Assembly: GCA_963793425.1 (NCBI GenBank)
Contig: CAWCAG010000005.1
Location: 1,824,001-1,888,000 of the forward strand
DNA length: 64,000 nucleotides
Source: an uncultured cyanobacterium
GTDB taxonomy: Bacteria > Cyanobacteriota > Cyanobacteriia > Cyanobacteriales > CAWCAG01
Reading direction: 5' to 3'
Part shown: positions 51,626 to 61,657 of the stretch, piece after piece
How the letters are laid out: each line of letters opens with the position of its first letter
How positions within the stretch are numbered: the stretch's first letter is position 1
Notes under the pieces: generated by a model
Databases searched by the model: none
What the model saw: the letters and a program-made list of their open reading frames with translations, nothing else
Told to the model about the DNA's origin: nothing
Made by a program: the position numbers and the translations under genes

Positions 51626-51791
51626 TCTTGTCTATTCTCTATCTTTAGGGTTTTTTCTTTTCTTTTTGGCCGTTTATTATCCTAGAGAAGTAGGAAATAT
51701 GAGCCATAAAAGATGAAACTTTAAAATATAGTAAACTTCCGGATTCACCAGTTTGATCAGCTAACTTATCTCATGTGTAAACTTTCAACCT

Positions 51792-52775
51792 ATGATTGAA
51801 GTTGAAGATTTAGGGAAAATCTACGGTTCAACCCCGGCAATTAAAGATGTCAGCTTTCGCGTTGAGGAGGGAGAAATTCTTGGCTTCCTCGGACCAAATG
51901 GCGCAGGCAAAACTACTACTATGCGGATTTTAGCAGGTTATTTACCGGCTACTAGTGGAACCGCCAGAATTGCTGGGTATGATGTTCGCCAACAGTCTAT
52001 GGACGTGAGGAGGCGGATTGGTTATTTACCAGAGACTCCCCCTCTTTACCAAGATATGACTGTGGAAGGATTTTTACATTTTGTTACCCGCATTAAAGGG
52101 GTAGTCCCCGGCGATCGCGCCCTTAAAGTAAATTCTGCTATTAATCGCTGTGGCCTTAAAGATAAAGGCAAAGTTCTCATTCGTAAACTATCTAAAGGTT
52201 ATCGCCAAAGGGTCGGAATTGCCCAAGCTATTGTTCACAATCCTCCAGTAATTATTTTAGACGAGCCGACGGTAGGTTTAGATCCCAGGCAAATTATTGA
52301 GGTACGTAATCTGATTAAAAGTTTAGGGGGAGAACATACCATCATCCTTTCTACCCACATTTTGCCAGAAGTAAGTATGACCTGTAACCGAGTGGCTATT
52401 ATTAACCGAGGTAAGGTTGCTGCTACCGATACACCAGAAAGTTTGCTGGCAAAGCTAACAGGGAATTCCGGCTATGAAATTGAAGTAGATGGTAACGCCA
52501 AAGAAGTACAACCTTTATTACAAGTCATTCCTGGTGTAATTATCGTTGAGGTTGAACAAACCAAGCAAAGAAGCGATCGCTCTTTAATTAATATCATCTC
52601 CGCCCCTAATTCTGAACCAGGAAGAGATATTGCTGCAGTGATTGTCGGTGCAGGTTTAGGCTTATACGAAATGCGACGTACTCAACCAACCTTAGAAGAT
52701 GTATTTTTGGAACTGACAACTCAGGAGGAGTCAATGATGCCTAACGGCAACGGCAAGCCGTACAGTTATCAATGA
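51792..52775 (+). CDS. ABC transporter ATP-binding protein (GldA-like)
   Basis: GPNGAGKT, LSKGYRQR, ILDEPT. Confidence 0.95.
   Translation: MIEVEDLGKIYGSTPAIKDVSFRVEEGEILGFLGPNGAGKTTTMRILAGYLPATSGTARIAGYDVRQQSMDVRRRIGYLPETPPLYQDMTVEGFLHFVTRIKGVVPGDRALKVNSAINRCGLKDKGKVLIRKLSKGYRQRVGIAQAIVHNPPVIILDEPTVGLDPRQIIEVRNLIKSLGGEHTIILSTHILPEVSMTCNRVAIINRGKVAATDTPESLLAKLTGNSGYEIEVDGNAKEVQPLLQVIPGVIIVEVEQTKQRSDRSLINIISAPNSEPGRDIAAVIVGAGLGLYEMRRTQPTLEDVFLELTTQEESMMPNGNGKPYSYQ
52737..52763 (-). repeat. 27-bp short dispersed repeat GTACGGCTT(G/A)CCGTT(G/A)CCGTTAGGCAT, inside the ABC ATPase 3' end
   Basis: 25/27 match to 58213-58239. Confidence 0.85.
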
Positions 52776-52807
52776 TGCCTATAAATAAATGAATATATAA
52801 AAAATAA

Positions 52808-53611
52808 ATGAAAACAATTTTTGCTAACGTTATTGCTATTTACCGCAGAGAATTACAAAGTTACTTTGCTTCCCCGTTTGCTTATATTGTTGCTGGGATA
52901 TTTTGGCTGTTATCCGGCTTCTTTTATGTTTATATACTCTTCGCCCCAGAAGCCGGATTAATTCAAGCAGCAGCGGCAAAAGATCAAACAGGTTTTCCTC
53001 CTGGGGCTTTGGATGTTGCCTATGAATTTTTGAGGGCTTTTTTAACTGTTTTAGGCTCTTTAATTGTATTCTTACTTCCTTTACTTTCCATGGGTCTTTA
53101 TGCTGAAGAACGTAAGCAAGGTACTTTAGAATTATTGGCCACTTCTCCTCTCACTAATTGGGCTATTGCTGTGGGGAAACTTTTAGGAGTAGTCACCTTT
53201 TTCATCACCATGACTATTCCTTTACTAATCTATGAAACTATCACTTTAAGTGCGGCCGAACCTCCCGTACAACCGGGAGTCACTCTGGTTAGTCATTTAG
53301 GTTTGATTTTATTAGCAGCGGCCATACTATCTTTAGGAATGTTTGTTTCTTCCCTTACTGATAGTTCAATTATTGCGGCGGTTGTTACCTTTGCTTTAAT
53401 TTTTCTCCTGTGGATTATTGATTTAATTGGAGAAAGTATTCCGGGACCAGTGGGTGACATCCTCGAACATCTTTCTTTGCTCAAGCATTATAATAATCTG
53501 GTTCAAGGCATTTTTGATACAGGCAGCGTGGTTTTGTTAATTAGCTATATCTTTTTAGGAGTCTTTCTCACAGCCCAATCTATAGAAGCTTTCCGTTTCC
53601 AACGTTCTTAA
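52808..53611 (+). CDS. ABC-2 permease (GldF-like)
   Basis: RRELQSYFASP, AEERKQGTLELLATSP. Confidence 0.9.
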   Translation: MKTIFANVIAIYRRELQSYFASPFAYIVAGIFWLLSGFFYVYILFAPEAGLIQAAAAKDQTGFPPGALDVAYEFLRAFLTVLGSLIVFLLPLLSMGLYAEERKQGTLELLATSPLTNWAIAVGKLLGVVTFFITMTIPLLIYETITLSAAEPPVQPGVTLVSHLGLILLAAAILSLGMFVSSLTDSSIIAAVVTFALIFLLWIIDLIGESIPGPVGDILEHLSLLKHYNNLVQGIFDTGSVVLLISYIFLGVFLTAQSIEAFRFQRS

Positions 53612-53635
53612 AAAATGATTAATGTTAAATCTTAA

Positions 53636-55189
53636 ATGACCAAGATGTTTAAGTCTCAACAACAACCTTTTAAATATTTATTCTTATTTGGTCCGTTTTT
53701 CTTTACTGCGGGTTTAGTGGCTGGATTGATTTCTGGGATGTGGTCTTCTCTACCGATCATCTTATTAAGTTTAGGTCTAATTATTAGCATCGCCGGACTA
53801 TTTTTCTTCTCACCAAAATCCTCTGATTTTTGGGGTCGTAATTCCATAAAAGCTGGTACAAATGCCTTGATTTCTACCTTGGCAATCTTGATTATTTTAG
53901 GGCTAATTAACTTCATCACGGTACGCTACGGCCCAAAGATAGATTTAACCGAAAATAAAATTCTTACCCTTGCTCCCCAAACCGAAGAAATTCTGCAAAA
54001 ATTAGACCAACCTGTTCAAGTCGTTATTTTTGATCGTCAACTTCATCCTAGCGATCGCAGTCTCCTCCAAGATTATCAACGCCAAACTTCTAACTTTAGC
54101 TACGAACTAGTCGATCCGCAAATTAATTTAGGACTAGCCAAACAGTTTGAATATCAGTCCCCAGGAGAAGTGCATTTAAGCTATGGAACCAAAAAACAAT
54201 TAGTTCAAACTGTCAACGAAAACACGGCACTTTCTGAAGCGTCCTTAAGCAATGCCATAGAGAGAATCCAAAAAGATACTACCCCAAAAATTTACTTCCT
54301 CCAAGGCCACGGTGAACTTTCCTTGGAGTCAGGGGCAGGAGGACTTTCTCAAGCTGTAACTAGCTTAGATGAAACGGGCTATCCTGCTGACCCTTTAACT
54401 TTAGCTGATAGTCCTGATATTCCTGAAGATACAACTACGGTAATTGTTGCTGGGGCGCAACGACCCTTATTTACTGAAGAAGTAGCGGCTTTAAGAAAGT
54501 ATCTTAATAATGGCGGCAGCTTACTACTTTTATTGGAACCTGATGCCAAAACAGGTTTAGACCCCTTACTGAAAGAATGGGGGGTGGTTTTGGATAATCG
54601 TTTAGTTATCGATGCTTCAGGAAGCGGGCGTTTAATTGGTTTGGGGCCAGATACCGCCCTAGTGAATAACTACGGTAACCATCCTATTACAGAAGACTTT
54701 GGTAACGGTATTTCCCTTTACCGCCTAGCTAGGACTATAGATAGTACAGAAAAGCCAGAAATTCAAGCCACAGCTTTATTAATCACCAATGAAGACACTT
54801 GGGCAGAAAGTGATATTGAAGCTGGAGATGTAGAATTTAATGAAGAAAATGACCTCAGTGGCCCCTTGAACTTAGGCTATGCTTTTAGTCGCAGAGATGG
54901 AGAAGAAGATCAGAAAGGCCCTGTATCAAAGTTAGTAGTGATCGGAGACTCTACCTTCGCTAGCAACGGTTGGTTTGAACAGCATCTTGATGGAGATATT
55001 TTCCTCAACTCAGTAAAATGGTTAGGGCAAGAAAAGCAAGAAACCCTTTCTATTAGTGCCAAAGAACAAACCGAACGTCGCCTCAACCTCACCAAAACTC
55101 AAGCAGGAATTCTCGCCTGGAGTGCTATTTTAATTCTGCCAGTTTTGAGTTTTGCTACTGCTGGAGTCGTTTGGTGGCAAAGAAGGTGA
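53636..55189 (+). CDS. GldG-family ABC transporter auxiliary protein
   Basis: DLTENKILTL, YFLQGHGE, LVVIGDS, C-terminal TM ending WWQRR. Confidence 0.88.
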   Translation: MTKMFKSQQQPFKYLFLFGPFFFTAGLVAGLISGMWSSLPIILLSLGLIISIAGLFFFSPKSSDFWGRNSIKAGTNALISTLAILIILGLINFITVRYGPKIDLTENKILTLAPQTEEILQKLDQPVQVVIFDRQLHPSDRSLLQDYQRQTSNFSYELVDPQINLGLAKQFEYQSPGEVHLSYGTKKQLVQTVNENTALSEASLSNAIERIQKDTTPKIYFLQGHGELSLESGAGGLSQAVTSLDETGYPADPLTLADSPDIPEDTTTVIVAGAQRPLFTEEVAALRKYLNNGGSLLLLLEPDAKTGLDPLLKEWGVVLDNRLVIDASGSGRLIGLGPDTALVNNYGNHPITEDFGNGISLYRLARTIDSTEKPEIQATALLITNEDTWAESDIEAGDVEFNEENDLSGPLNLGYAFSRRDGEEDQKGPVSKLVVIGDSTFASNGWFEQHLDGDIFLNSVKWLGQEKQETLSISAKEQTERRLNLTKTQAGILAWSAILILPVLSFATAGVVWWQRR

Positions 55190-55197
55190 AATCATTG

Positions 55198-55223
55198 TTG
55201 GCGTAAGCCTTGCCGTAGGCTAC
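55198..55223 (+). repeat. 26-bp short dispersed repeat, copy B
   Basis: TTGGCGTAAGCCTTGCCGTAGGCTAC, identical to 61126-61151. Confidence 0.9.
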
Positions 55224-55249
55224 ATTTATCATTAAACATTAAACATTTA

Positions 55250-55540
55250 TCAAGATACTAAGGCCATCCTTAACAGCCCTTGCTGTCCAATGAGGATTTC
55301 TCTTAAGAGGCTTAAAATTCCTACCCAGATAATCGGGCTGATATCTACTCCTCCGATGGGAGGGACTATTTTACGGGTAGGGATGAGGAAAATTTCTGTG
55401 GGTAAGGCAATCAGCTTAAAAGGAAAGCTGTTGAGGTTGATTTGGGGATACCAAGTGAGGATAATGCGAAAGATGAAAAATAAAGTCAATATCCCCGACA
55501 AAAGACTCAAAATCCAGATAGTTAAGTTGAGAGGACTCAT
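55250..55540 (-). CDS. YggT-family membrane protein
   Basis: RIILTWYP, TEIFLIPTRKIVPPIGGVDISPI. Confidence 0.9.
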   Translation of the reverse strand: MSPLNLTIWILSLLSGILTLFFIFRIILTWYPQINLNSFPFKLIALPTEIFLIPTRKIVPPIGGVDISPIIWVGILSLLREILIGQQGLLRMALVS

Positions 55541-55755
55541 AAGTTATTCAGCAAAACAGTATTAAACTTGGTAAACAAACCTGAGTTTATTTTATCTTTG
55601 ATTTTGCTAAGAAAACGACAAATCACCAAAGACAGAGGCTCAAAATAAGATGGTGTCAGTATTTATCTCAATTTGGTGAGAATATTTTCTTTTTATATGA
55701 CAAACTATTACAATTAATAATCACAATAGTAAATCTTAAAATCTAGGACAGTTCT

Positions 55756-55875
55756 ATGACACCTTCTTTAACAAACTTCTTCTACAGCTTAATAGCTGGC
55801 GGTTTAATCGTGGTTATTCCTGTTGTAGTAGGTTTAGTATTTATTAGCCAAGCAGATAAAGTGAAGCGTTCTTAA
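55756..55875 (+). CDS. psbX: Photosystem II protein PsbX (absent from ORF track)
   Basis: MTPSLTNFFYSLIAGGLIVVIPVVVGLVFISQADKVKRS*, between yggT and ycf66. Confidence 0.95.
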   Translation: MTPSLTNFFYSLIAGGLIVVIPVVVGLVFISQADKVKRS

Positions 55876-56026
55876 AAATTTAAGGACTAGGTTAAACAAC
55901 CTGATAATTTTAGGTAGCAAGTTGGGGACAGGAAAATATTCTCCCAGATAGAATTGAATTTCTGCTTTTTCTAGTCCCCATAACCTGTTTAAGCTGCTAC
56001 CATAGGACTGACTTAGGAGAGCAGCA

Positions 56027-56992
56027 ATGGTGAATTTTGGGCTATACTCAACCAGCGTTCTGGCACAAGTAAATATCGGTGGAAGTTCAGCCGTTATTCT
56101 GGGTATTGTGATTGCCGTGTCAGGAGCATTACTTTATTTCCTGCGTTCCATCCGCCCGGAATTATCTAGGGATCATGATATCTTTTTTGCCGCAGTTGGT
56201 TTATTGTGCGGCTTTATTTTAATATTTCAAGGATGGCGACTCGATCCGATTCTACAATTTGGTCAGTTTCTTCTTACTGGCTCAACAATTTTCTTCGCCC
56301 TAGAAACAATTCGTTTACGGGGAGTGGCAACAGAACAAGCGAGGCGCAACACGCCTATTGTAGATGACGAACGCCCTGTAAGTAGAGTTTATCGTGCTGA
56401 GTTAGACGAGTTAGAACCCTACGAAGAAGAACAGGAAAATCGCCGCTTACGGGGTTATCAAGATCCTCGTAGCAATCGTCGCCCCCCAGCAACGGCAACT
56501 ACTTCTGATTACCCTCGTTCTAGCAGTAGAGACAGTCGAGACACCTCAGAACGTGATCGTTATAATTCTCCTTCTAGAGATGATTATAGAGAACGCCCTC
56601 CAAAACGTCGTCCTCGCACAACTCCTGTTGAGAATCCTTATGATGATTGGGGTGATGAAGCTGAAAGTTGGCAAGAAAAGCCAACCACTCCTCCCCAACG
56701 TCCTCCTCGTCGCCCTCGTCCTCAGCGTCCTCCTCAAGAAACCAGAAGTGATGATCGCGCTGACATTCGTAGCAACGACTTACCTAGGCAACCAAGAAAG
56801 CGCCGTCCTCGCCCTTCAGATGTAGGTTACAGCCCTACCCTGGAAGAGGAAGCAATGCCAACGGAGTATGTGGATTATCAACCCATAGATGAGTTAGACG
56901 ACATCCCCAAGGATAAACCTAAAGATCGAGATGAATCTAGCGATCGCCAAGATTCAGAAGTTAAAGATAATCTCGGTAATTTCGATTATTGA
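56027..56992 (+). CDS. ycf66: Ycf66-family protein
   Basis: RPELSRDHDIFFAAVGLLCGFILIFQGWRLDPILQFGQ plus a disordered R/D/P-rich tail. Confidence 0.93.
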   Translation: MVNFGLYSTSVLAQVNIGGSSAVILGIVIAVSGALLYFLRSIRPELSRDHDIFFAAVGLLCGFILIFQGWRLDPILQFGQFLLTGSTIFFALETIRLRGVATEQARRNTPIVDDERPVSRVYRAELDELEPYEEEQENRRLRGYQDPRSNRRPPATATTSDYPRSSSRDSRDTSERDRYNSPSRDDYRERPPKRRPRTTPVENPYDDWGDEAESWQEKPTTPPQRPPRRPRPQRPPQETRSDDRADIRSNDLPRQPRKRRPRPSDVGYSPTLEEEAMPTEYVDYQPIDELDDIPKDKPKDRDESSDRQDSEVKDNLGNFDY

Positions 56993-57048
56993 ATTGCTAA
57001 CGGCTAGTTGCTAGTGGCTAGTTGCTAATGGTAAAAAATTAAGTACAA

Positions 57049-57612
57049 GTGGGAATGCTATCGGCTACCAATTACAGAATCTTTCGTTTGATTCCCTGGG
57101 GAATCAACTTAAGTTTAATTGTTGCTCTAACAGCTTGTAATTCTGCTGATAGTCCTCAAAAACCTGCTACCCTCAATAGTCGTTACAATGATGAACAACC
57201 AGCTTTAAGCGGAGATGGTCGCCTCTTAGCCTTTGTTTCTAATCGTAAAGGCCACAGCCAGATTGCCCTTTACGACCTAAAAAGAAAGCAACTCATCAAC
57301 CTACCGGGTTTAAATGAGGATAATACCATCACCCAAAATCCGAGTTTAAGTCTCACGGGTCGCTATATTGTCTATATTTCTAGCGACGGCGGCCGCCCCA
57401 CCATCTATCTTTATGATCGCATCACCGAAAAAGCAGAAGTACTTAGCCGCAACTACCGCAGTTGGGTACGCAGCCCCAACATAAGTCCTGATGGGCGTTA
57501 CGTAGTATTTGAATCAGCACGTCGAGGTCAATGGGATGTTGAAATTCTTGATCGAGGTCCTGGTATTGAGTTAGATATTGTTGATGGAACTTCTATTACT
57601 GGACCGGAATAA
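57049..57612 (+). CDS. TolB-like (PD40 repeat) lipoprotein
   Basis: LTAC lipobox; PALSGDGR, PSLS and PNISPDGR repeats. Confidence 0.85.
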   Translation: MGMLSATNYRIFRLIPWGINLSLIVALTACNSADSPQKPATLNSRYNDEQPALSGDGRLLAFVSNRKGHSQIALYDLKRKQLINLPGLNEDNTITQNPSLSLTGRYIVYISSDGGRPTIYLYDRITEKAEVLSRNYRSWVRSPNISPDGRYVVFESARRGQWDVEILDRGPGIELDIVDGTSITGPE

Positions 57613-57646
57613 ATAAGTAATAAGTAATAAGTAATAAGTAATAAGT
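57612..57646 (+). repeat. Heptamer tandem repeat AATAAGT x5
   Basis: Directly visible. Confidence 0.9.
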
Positions 57647-57693
57647 CGATTAAGATTTTGCATAGTTAGCTTTGATAGCTGACCCTAAAGCCA

Positions 57694-58197
57694 ATGACTC
57701 CGAAATATCTACTTCTAGCCCTTCTTAGCAGCTTACTAACCAGTTGTGGAGGTTATCCTCGTCTGCTTAATTCTGCTTTTGATTCTGGGGGACGTAGCTT
57801 AAATAGTCCGGCGGCGGAATTAGAACCAATCATTGCTGCTAATTATATTGTTTTTGTTTCTGATCGAGGTGGTTCTCAGGATATCTATCTTTATAATACT
57901 ACTCAAAAAAAATTAGTTGATTTGCCGGGACTTAATTCTTTAGACGCGATCGCCTCTCATCCTTCTGTCTCTGAAGATGGCCGCTACATTGTTTTTACTG
58001 CCAGTCGCCAAGGTAGGAGGGGAGTTTATCTTTATGACAGGGAAACTACCCAAAGCCGCAACCTTACTACTAAATTAGCAGCAGAAGTACGCAACCCTTC
58101 TATTAGTGCTGATGGTTCCACTATTGCCTTTGAAGCGAATACTGACGGTCAATGGGATATTTTAGTTTATGAAAGTTCTGGCAAGCGTTTAGAGTGA
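57694..58197 (+). CDS. TolB-like (PD40 repeat) lipoprotein
   Basis: LTSC lipobox; PSVSEDGR and PSISADG. Confidence 0.85.
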   Translation: MTPKYLLLALLSSLLTSCGGYPRLLNSAFDSGGRSLNSPAAELEPIIAANYIVFVSDRGGSQDIYLYNTTQKKLVDLPGLNSLDAIASHPSVSEDGRYIVFTASRQGRRGVYLYDRETTQSRNLTTKLAAEVRNPSISADGSTIAFEANTDGQWDILVYESSGKRLE

Positions 58198-58212
58198 GAA
58201 TCAGTTATCAAT

Positions 58213-58239
58213 GTACGGCTTACCGTTACCGTTAGGCAT
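58213..58239 (+). repeat. 27-bp short dispersed repeat, second copy
   Basis: GTACGGCTTACCGTTACCGTTAGGCAT within TCAATGA/TCAGTTA heptamers. Confidence 0.85.
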
Positions 58240-58260
58240 CAATGATCAGTGTAGGGGCTA

Positions 58261-58761
58261 ATGACTAAAAGCTGCGTTTTAATCTGGTTATTACTTGTTT
58301 TAGCTATTAGTGGCTGTACTAATGGATTGTTGGTTTCGCCGCAAATTCCTACTGGGGGAATTAATAGTCGCTCTCCGGATGAGTATCCTAGTTATAGTGG
58401 TGATGGGCGCTATCTTGCTTTTGCTTCTGATCGCCGAGGTCATAGAGATATTTTCCTCTACGATAATCAGAGACGTACCTTAGTCGCTTTACCTAATCTC
58501 AATCATCGTAACTCTAGTCAAGATCAACCTGCCCTGAGTAATAAAGGTCGCTATATCGCCTACATTTCCACAGAAAGGGGCAAAACAGATATTTTCGTTT
58601 ATGACCGCAACAGCCAAAGAAGCCAGCTTTTAAGCGCCAATATTCGTGGTTCTGTACGCTATCCTACTATTACTGGTGATGGTAGTTCTATCGCTTTTCA
58701 AACTAGTCAATTGGGTCAGTGGAATATTGCTATTGTGGAAAGAAATATTTCGCCAGAATAA
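58261..58761 (+). CDS. TolB-like (PD40 repeat) lipoprotein
   Basis: ISGC lipobox; PSYSGDGR, PALS and PTITGDG. Confidence 0.85.
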   Translation: MTKSCVLIWLLLVLAISGCTNGLLVSPQIPTGGINSRSPDEYPSYSGDGRYLAFASDRRGHRDIFLYDNQRRTLVALPNLNHRNSSQDQPALSNKGRYIAYISTERGKTDIFVYDRNSQRSQLLSANIRGSVRYPTITGDGSSIAFQTSQLGQWNIAIVERNISPE

Positions 58762-58962
58762 CGGAGACTTGGAGATTGGGTGACTTGGAGAAGATGGAAA
58801 CTATTATTGATATTCTAGTTTCACAACTTATCGGTTAAATTGGAGATTAGTGGGTATCGTGCTTTGATATTTAACTAAGATTTTTTTTCAGCATCGAGAT
58901 TAAAAACCGGGAGTATATACTACCAACCAAGATTTCATTTAAGCGGTAGGGAGTAAATTTTT

Positions 58963-60399
58963 TTGGCCATGAAGAGCAAGACTAAAAGTTTGTTTATCTT
59001 TGCCACTACCATAGGTTTTAGCCTTAGCAGTGGCATTATTCCCCTTAGCTTTCTTCATAACCAACAGCCAGCATTAGCCCAAAATAGAGATGAGCAAACT
59101 AATATTCGTGTCTATGAAATAGCTAGTCCGGCGGTGGTTTCTGTGGAAACAGGAGATGGTAACGGTAGTGGTAGTATCATTACTTCTGACGGTTTGGTAC
59201 TTACAAATGCCCATGTTGTCGAAGGTTATACCACTGCAACGGTTATTTTGGCTGATCAGCGGCGTTTGAATGCAGATGTGGTTGGTTTTGGAGAAAATGG
59301 GCTTGATCTTGCTGTTTTGAAAATTCGAGGGGCGACTAATCTGCCGACGATTAGGTTAGCTGGAGAAAACTCCATTAAAGTTGGTCAAAGGGCTTTTGCT
59401 ATTGGTAATCCTTTCGGACAATTTCAAGGCACTTTCACTACCGGCATTGTTAGTCGTATTGATAGCGATCGCGGTTTAATTCAAACTGATGCAGCCATTA
59501 ATCCTGGTAATTCTGGTGGCCCTCTTCTTAACTCTCAAGGGGAATTAATTGGGGTTAATACAGCTATTTTTACAGGTAGCAACGGTTCAGGTAATATTGG
59601 TATTGGTTTCGCCATTTCTACACAAAGGGTAAAACCATTTTTAACTGCTGTACGTTCAGGTAATGCCCCCCGTACAAGCCCCCAATCTAGGACAGCAAGG
59701 AATAGTAATTCCCCTGTTCCCCAAAGCTTACCTCTTAACGGTGCAGCAATCCCCGGTAGATTAGATCGAGGAGATAATGTCTTACCTGATAATAGCTTTT
59801 TTGATGCCTATGTTTTTGAAGGGCAAGCAGGGGCGCAGATTAAAATTGATATGGCAAGTCGGGAAATAGATCCTTATTTGATTTTAATTGGGCCTGGAGG
59901 AGTAAAAGTTTCTGAAGATGACGATGGGGCAGGGGGAAATAACGCCCGTATTCAAACGAGTTTGCCTGTTAACGGGACTTATTTATTAATGGCTAACTCC
60001 TATGAACCTGGGGAGTCAGGAAGCTATAATTTAACAGCAAGGACTGATAATAATAGTAGCGTTGGCCCTTCGAGAAATAGTGGCTACCTCTTACAAGAAG
60101 GAGGTATCTTAGGCCCTAATGCGTTAATTTTGCCTTCTGATGGTAGTTTATATCAAACCCATACTTTTATCGGTCGTGCAGGTCAGTTTGTAGAATTTAA
60201 ACTAGAAAGTAGTGATTTTGATACCTATTTAATTCTTCTCGATCCTCAAGGTAATAAGTTAGCTGAAAATGATGATCTTAATGAAGGTGATACTGATTCT
60301 GGTTTGAAGATTACTTTGCCTACCAATGGTAGTTATCAGGTAATTGTTAATTCCTATGATAGTAACGGTCGCGGGCGTTACTTTTTAACAATACGCTAA
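58963..60399 (+). CDS. Secreted trypsin-like (HtrA-type) serine protease with two PPC domains, no PDZ
   Basis: TNAHV, DLAV and GNSGGPL triad; two DPYL/DTYL...DDD PPC modules. Confidence 0.9.
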   Translation: MAMKSKTKSLFIFATTIGFSLSSGIIPLSFLHNQQPALAQNRDEQTNIRVYEIASPAVVSVETGDGNGSGSIITSDGLVLTNAHVVEGYTTATVILADQRRLNADVVGFGENGLDLAVLKIRGATNLPTIRLAGENSIKVGQRAFAIGNPFGQFQGTFTTGIVSRIDSDRGLIQTDAAINPGNSGGPLLNSQGELIGVNTAIFTGSNGSGNIGIGFAISTQRVKPFLTAVRSGNAPRTSPQSRTARNSNSPVPQSLPLNGAAIPGRLDRGDNVLPDNSFFDAYVFEGQAGAQIKIDMASREIDPYLILIGPGGVKVSEDDDGAGGNNARIQTSLPVNGTYLLMANSYEPGESGSYNLTARTDNNSSVGPSRNSGYLLQEGGILGPNALILPSDGSLYQTHTFIGRAGQFVEFKLESSDFDTYLILLDPQGNKLAENDDLNEGDTDSGLKITLPTNGSYQVIVNSYDSNGRGRYFLTIR

Positions 60400-60407
60400 A
60401 TTCTTAA

Positions 60408-60450
60408 ATCATTGAACATTGAACATTAAACATTAAACATTGAACATTTA
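60408..60450 (+). repeat. Heptamer tandem repeat CATT(G/A)AA x5-6
   Basis: Directly visible after the protease stop. Confidence 0.85.
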
Positions 60451-60502
60451 CCTTGATTATTTTCTTCTGTTACCGACCAGTTTAGAACTATAACAGTTCA
60501 AT

Positions 60503-61111
60503 ATGATCAATAGCCAAATGATAAATGATAAACGTTTAATTATTTTTAGTCGCTATCCTGAACCAGGAAAAACTAAAACTCGTATGATTCCTGTTTTAGG
60601 GGCAAAGGGGGCGGCAGAATTACAGCGGAAGATGACGGAAGCTACTTTAGCTGAAGCAGCAAAATTGTTGAGTAACAATGCTACTAAAGTAACCGTTTTT
60701 TTTGCGGGAGGGAATCAACAAATAATGCAAGAATGGTTGGGTACAAGCTGGCTTTATCAGCCCCAAGCTGAAGGAGATTTAGGGGCAAGGATGCACTCAG
60801 CTTTCCAAATATCTTTTAGTGAAGGTAACGAAAAAGTCGTAATTATTGGTATTGATTGTCCTGATCTAAATGCCCAATTACTAACAGAAGCTTTTCAACT
60901 TTTAAGCAGCAACGATTTAGTTTTGGGTCCCGCTGAAGATGGGGGTTATTATTTAATTGGTTTGCGTTGTTTAATTCCAGAATTATTACAACATATTAGT
61001 TGGGGAACTTCCCAAGTTTTTGCTCAAACAACTGCGATCGCAACTAAACTCAATTTAGCAACAGCTTGTCTTCCTATCTTAAAAGATATAGACCGCCCTG
61101 AAGACCTTTAA
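60503..61111 (+). CDS. DUF2064/TIGR04282-family glycosyltransferase-like protein
   Basis: RYPEPGKTKTR, QAEGDLGARM, IGIDCP, GPAEDGGYYLIG, DIDRPEDL. Confidence 0.88.
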   Translation: MINSQMINDKRLIIFSRYPEPGKTKTRMIPVLGAKGAAELQRKMTEATLAEAAKLLSNNATKVTVFFAGGNQQIMQEWLGTSWLYQPQAEGDLGARMHSAFQISFSEGNEKVVIIGIDCPDLNAQLLTEAFQLLSSNDLVLGPAEDGGYYLIGLRCLIPELLQHISWGTSQVFAQTTAIATKLNLATACLPILKDIDRPEDL

Positions 61112-61125
61112 ATTATTTATCATTA

Positions 61126-61151
61126 TTGGCGTAAGCCTTGCCGTAGGCTAC
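61126..61151 (+). repeat. 26-bp short dispersed repeat, copy C
   Basis: Sits within a TTTATCA array. Confidence 0.9.
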
Positions 61152-61163
61152 CTTTATCATTTA

Positions 61164-61523
61164 TCACTTTTCTGAGATTCTGGTGGTTTTCAAAATGGAA
61201 AATAGTATTTTCCCTATTTCGTCTGCATCTTGATAGATGCTACGGAAAGATTTCAAATTGATGTATTCAGTATCTTTAAGTAAAGATAGCCAGTATTTGG
61301 TTTCCAGACATTCTTTGTAAGCTAAAGAGATTTTAGCTGAAAAATCTGCTTGGGAAATTGCGCCATTAGCTTCAGCAATATTTGCCCCAATTGATGTACC
61401 GCTTCTTAATAATTGCTTAGACAACGTAAATTCTTGTTTTTCCTCTTTTCAATATTTATATGCTTTAATAATCCTAATTGCAAATTGGTAAGCTTTATCA
61501 TAAGTCACGTTGTGTTTATTCAT
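61164..61523 (-). pseudogene. Four-helix-bundle protein (23S rRNA IVP/Avd-like) with an in-frame TGA
   Basis: MNKHNVTYDKAYQFAIRIIKAYKY*KEEKQEFTLSKQLLRSGTSIGANIAEA...KECLETKYWL; TGA at 61449-61451. Confidence 0.85.
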
Positions 61524-61657
61524 GATGCAGGTAGTACTTGAGGAAAATTCAATGATAAATGATAAATGATAAATGTTTGACGGCTTGTCTTTTGCCTTTA
61601 TTGAGGAAGTCGAGGAGAATATTTCTACCTTTTTAAACTTGACACAGGATAAGCTAT

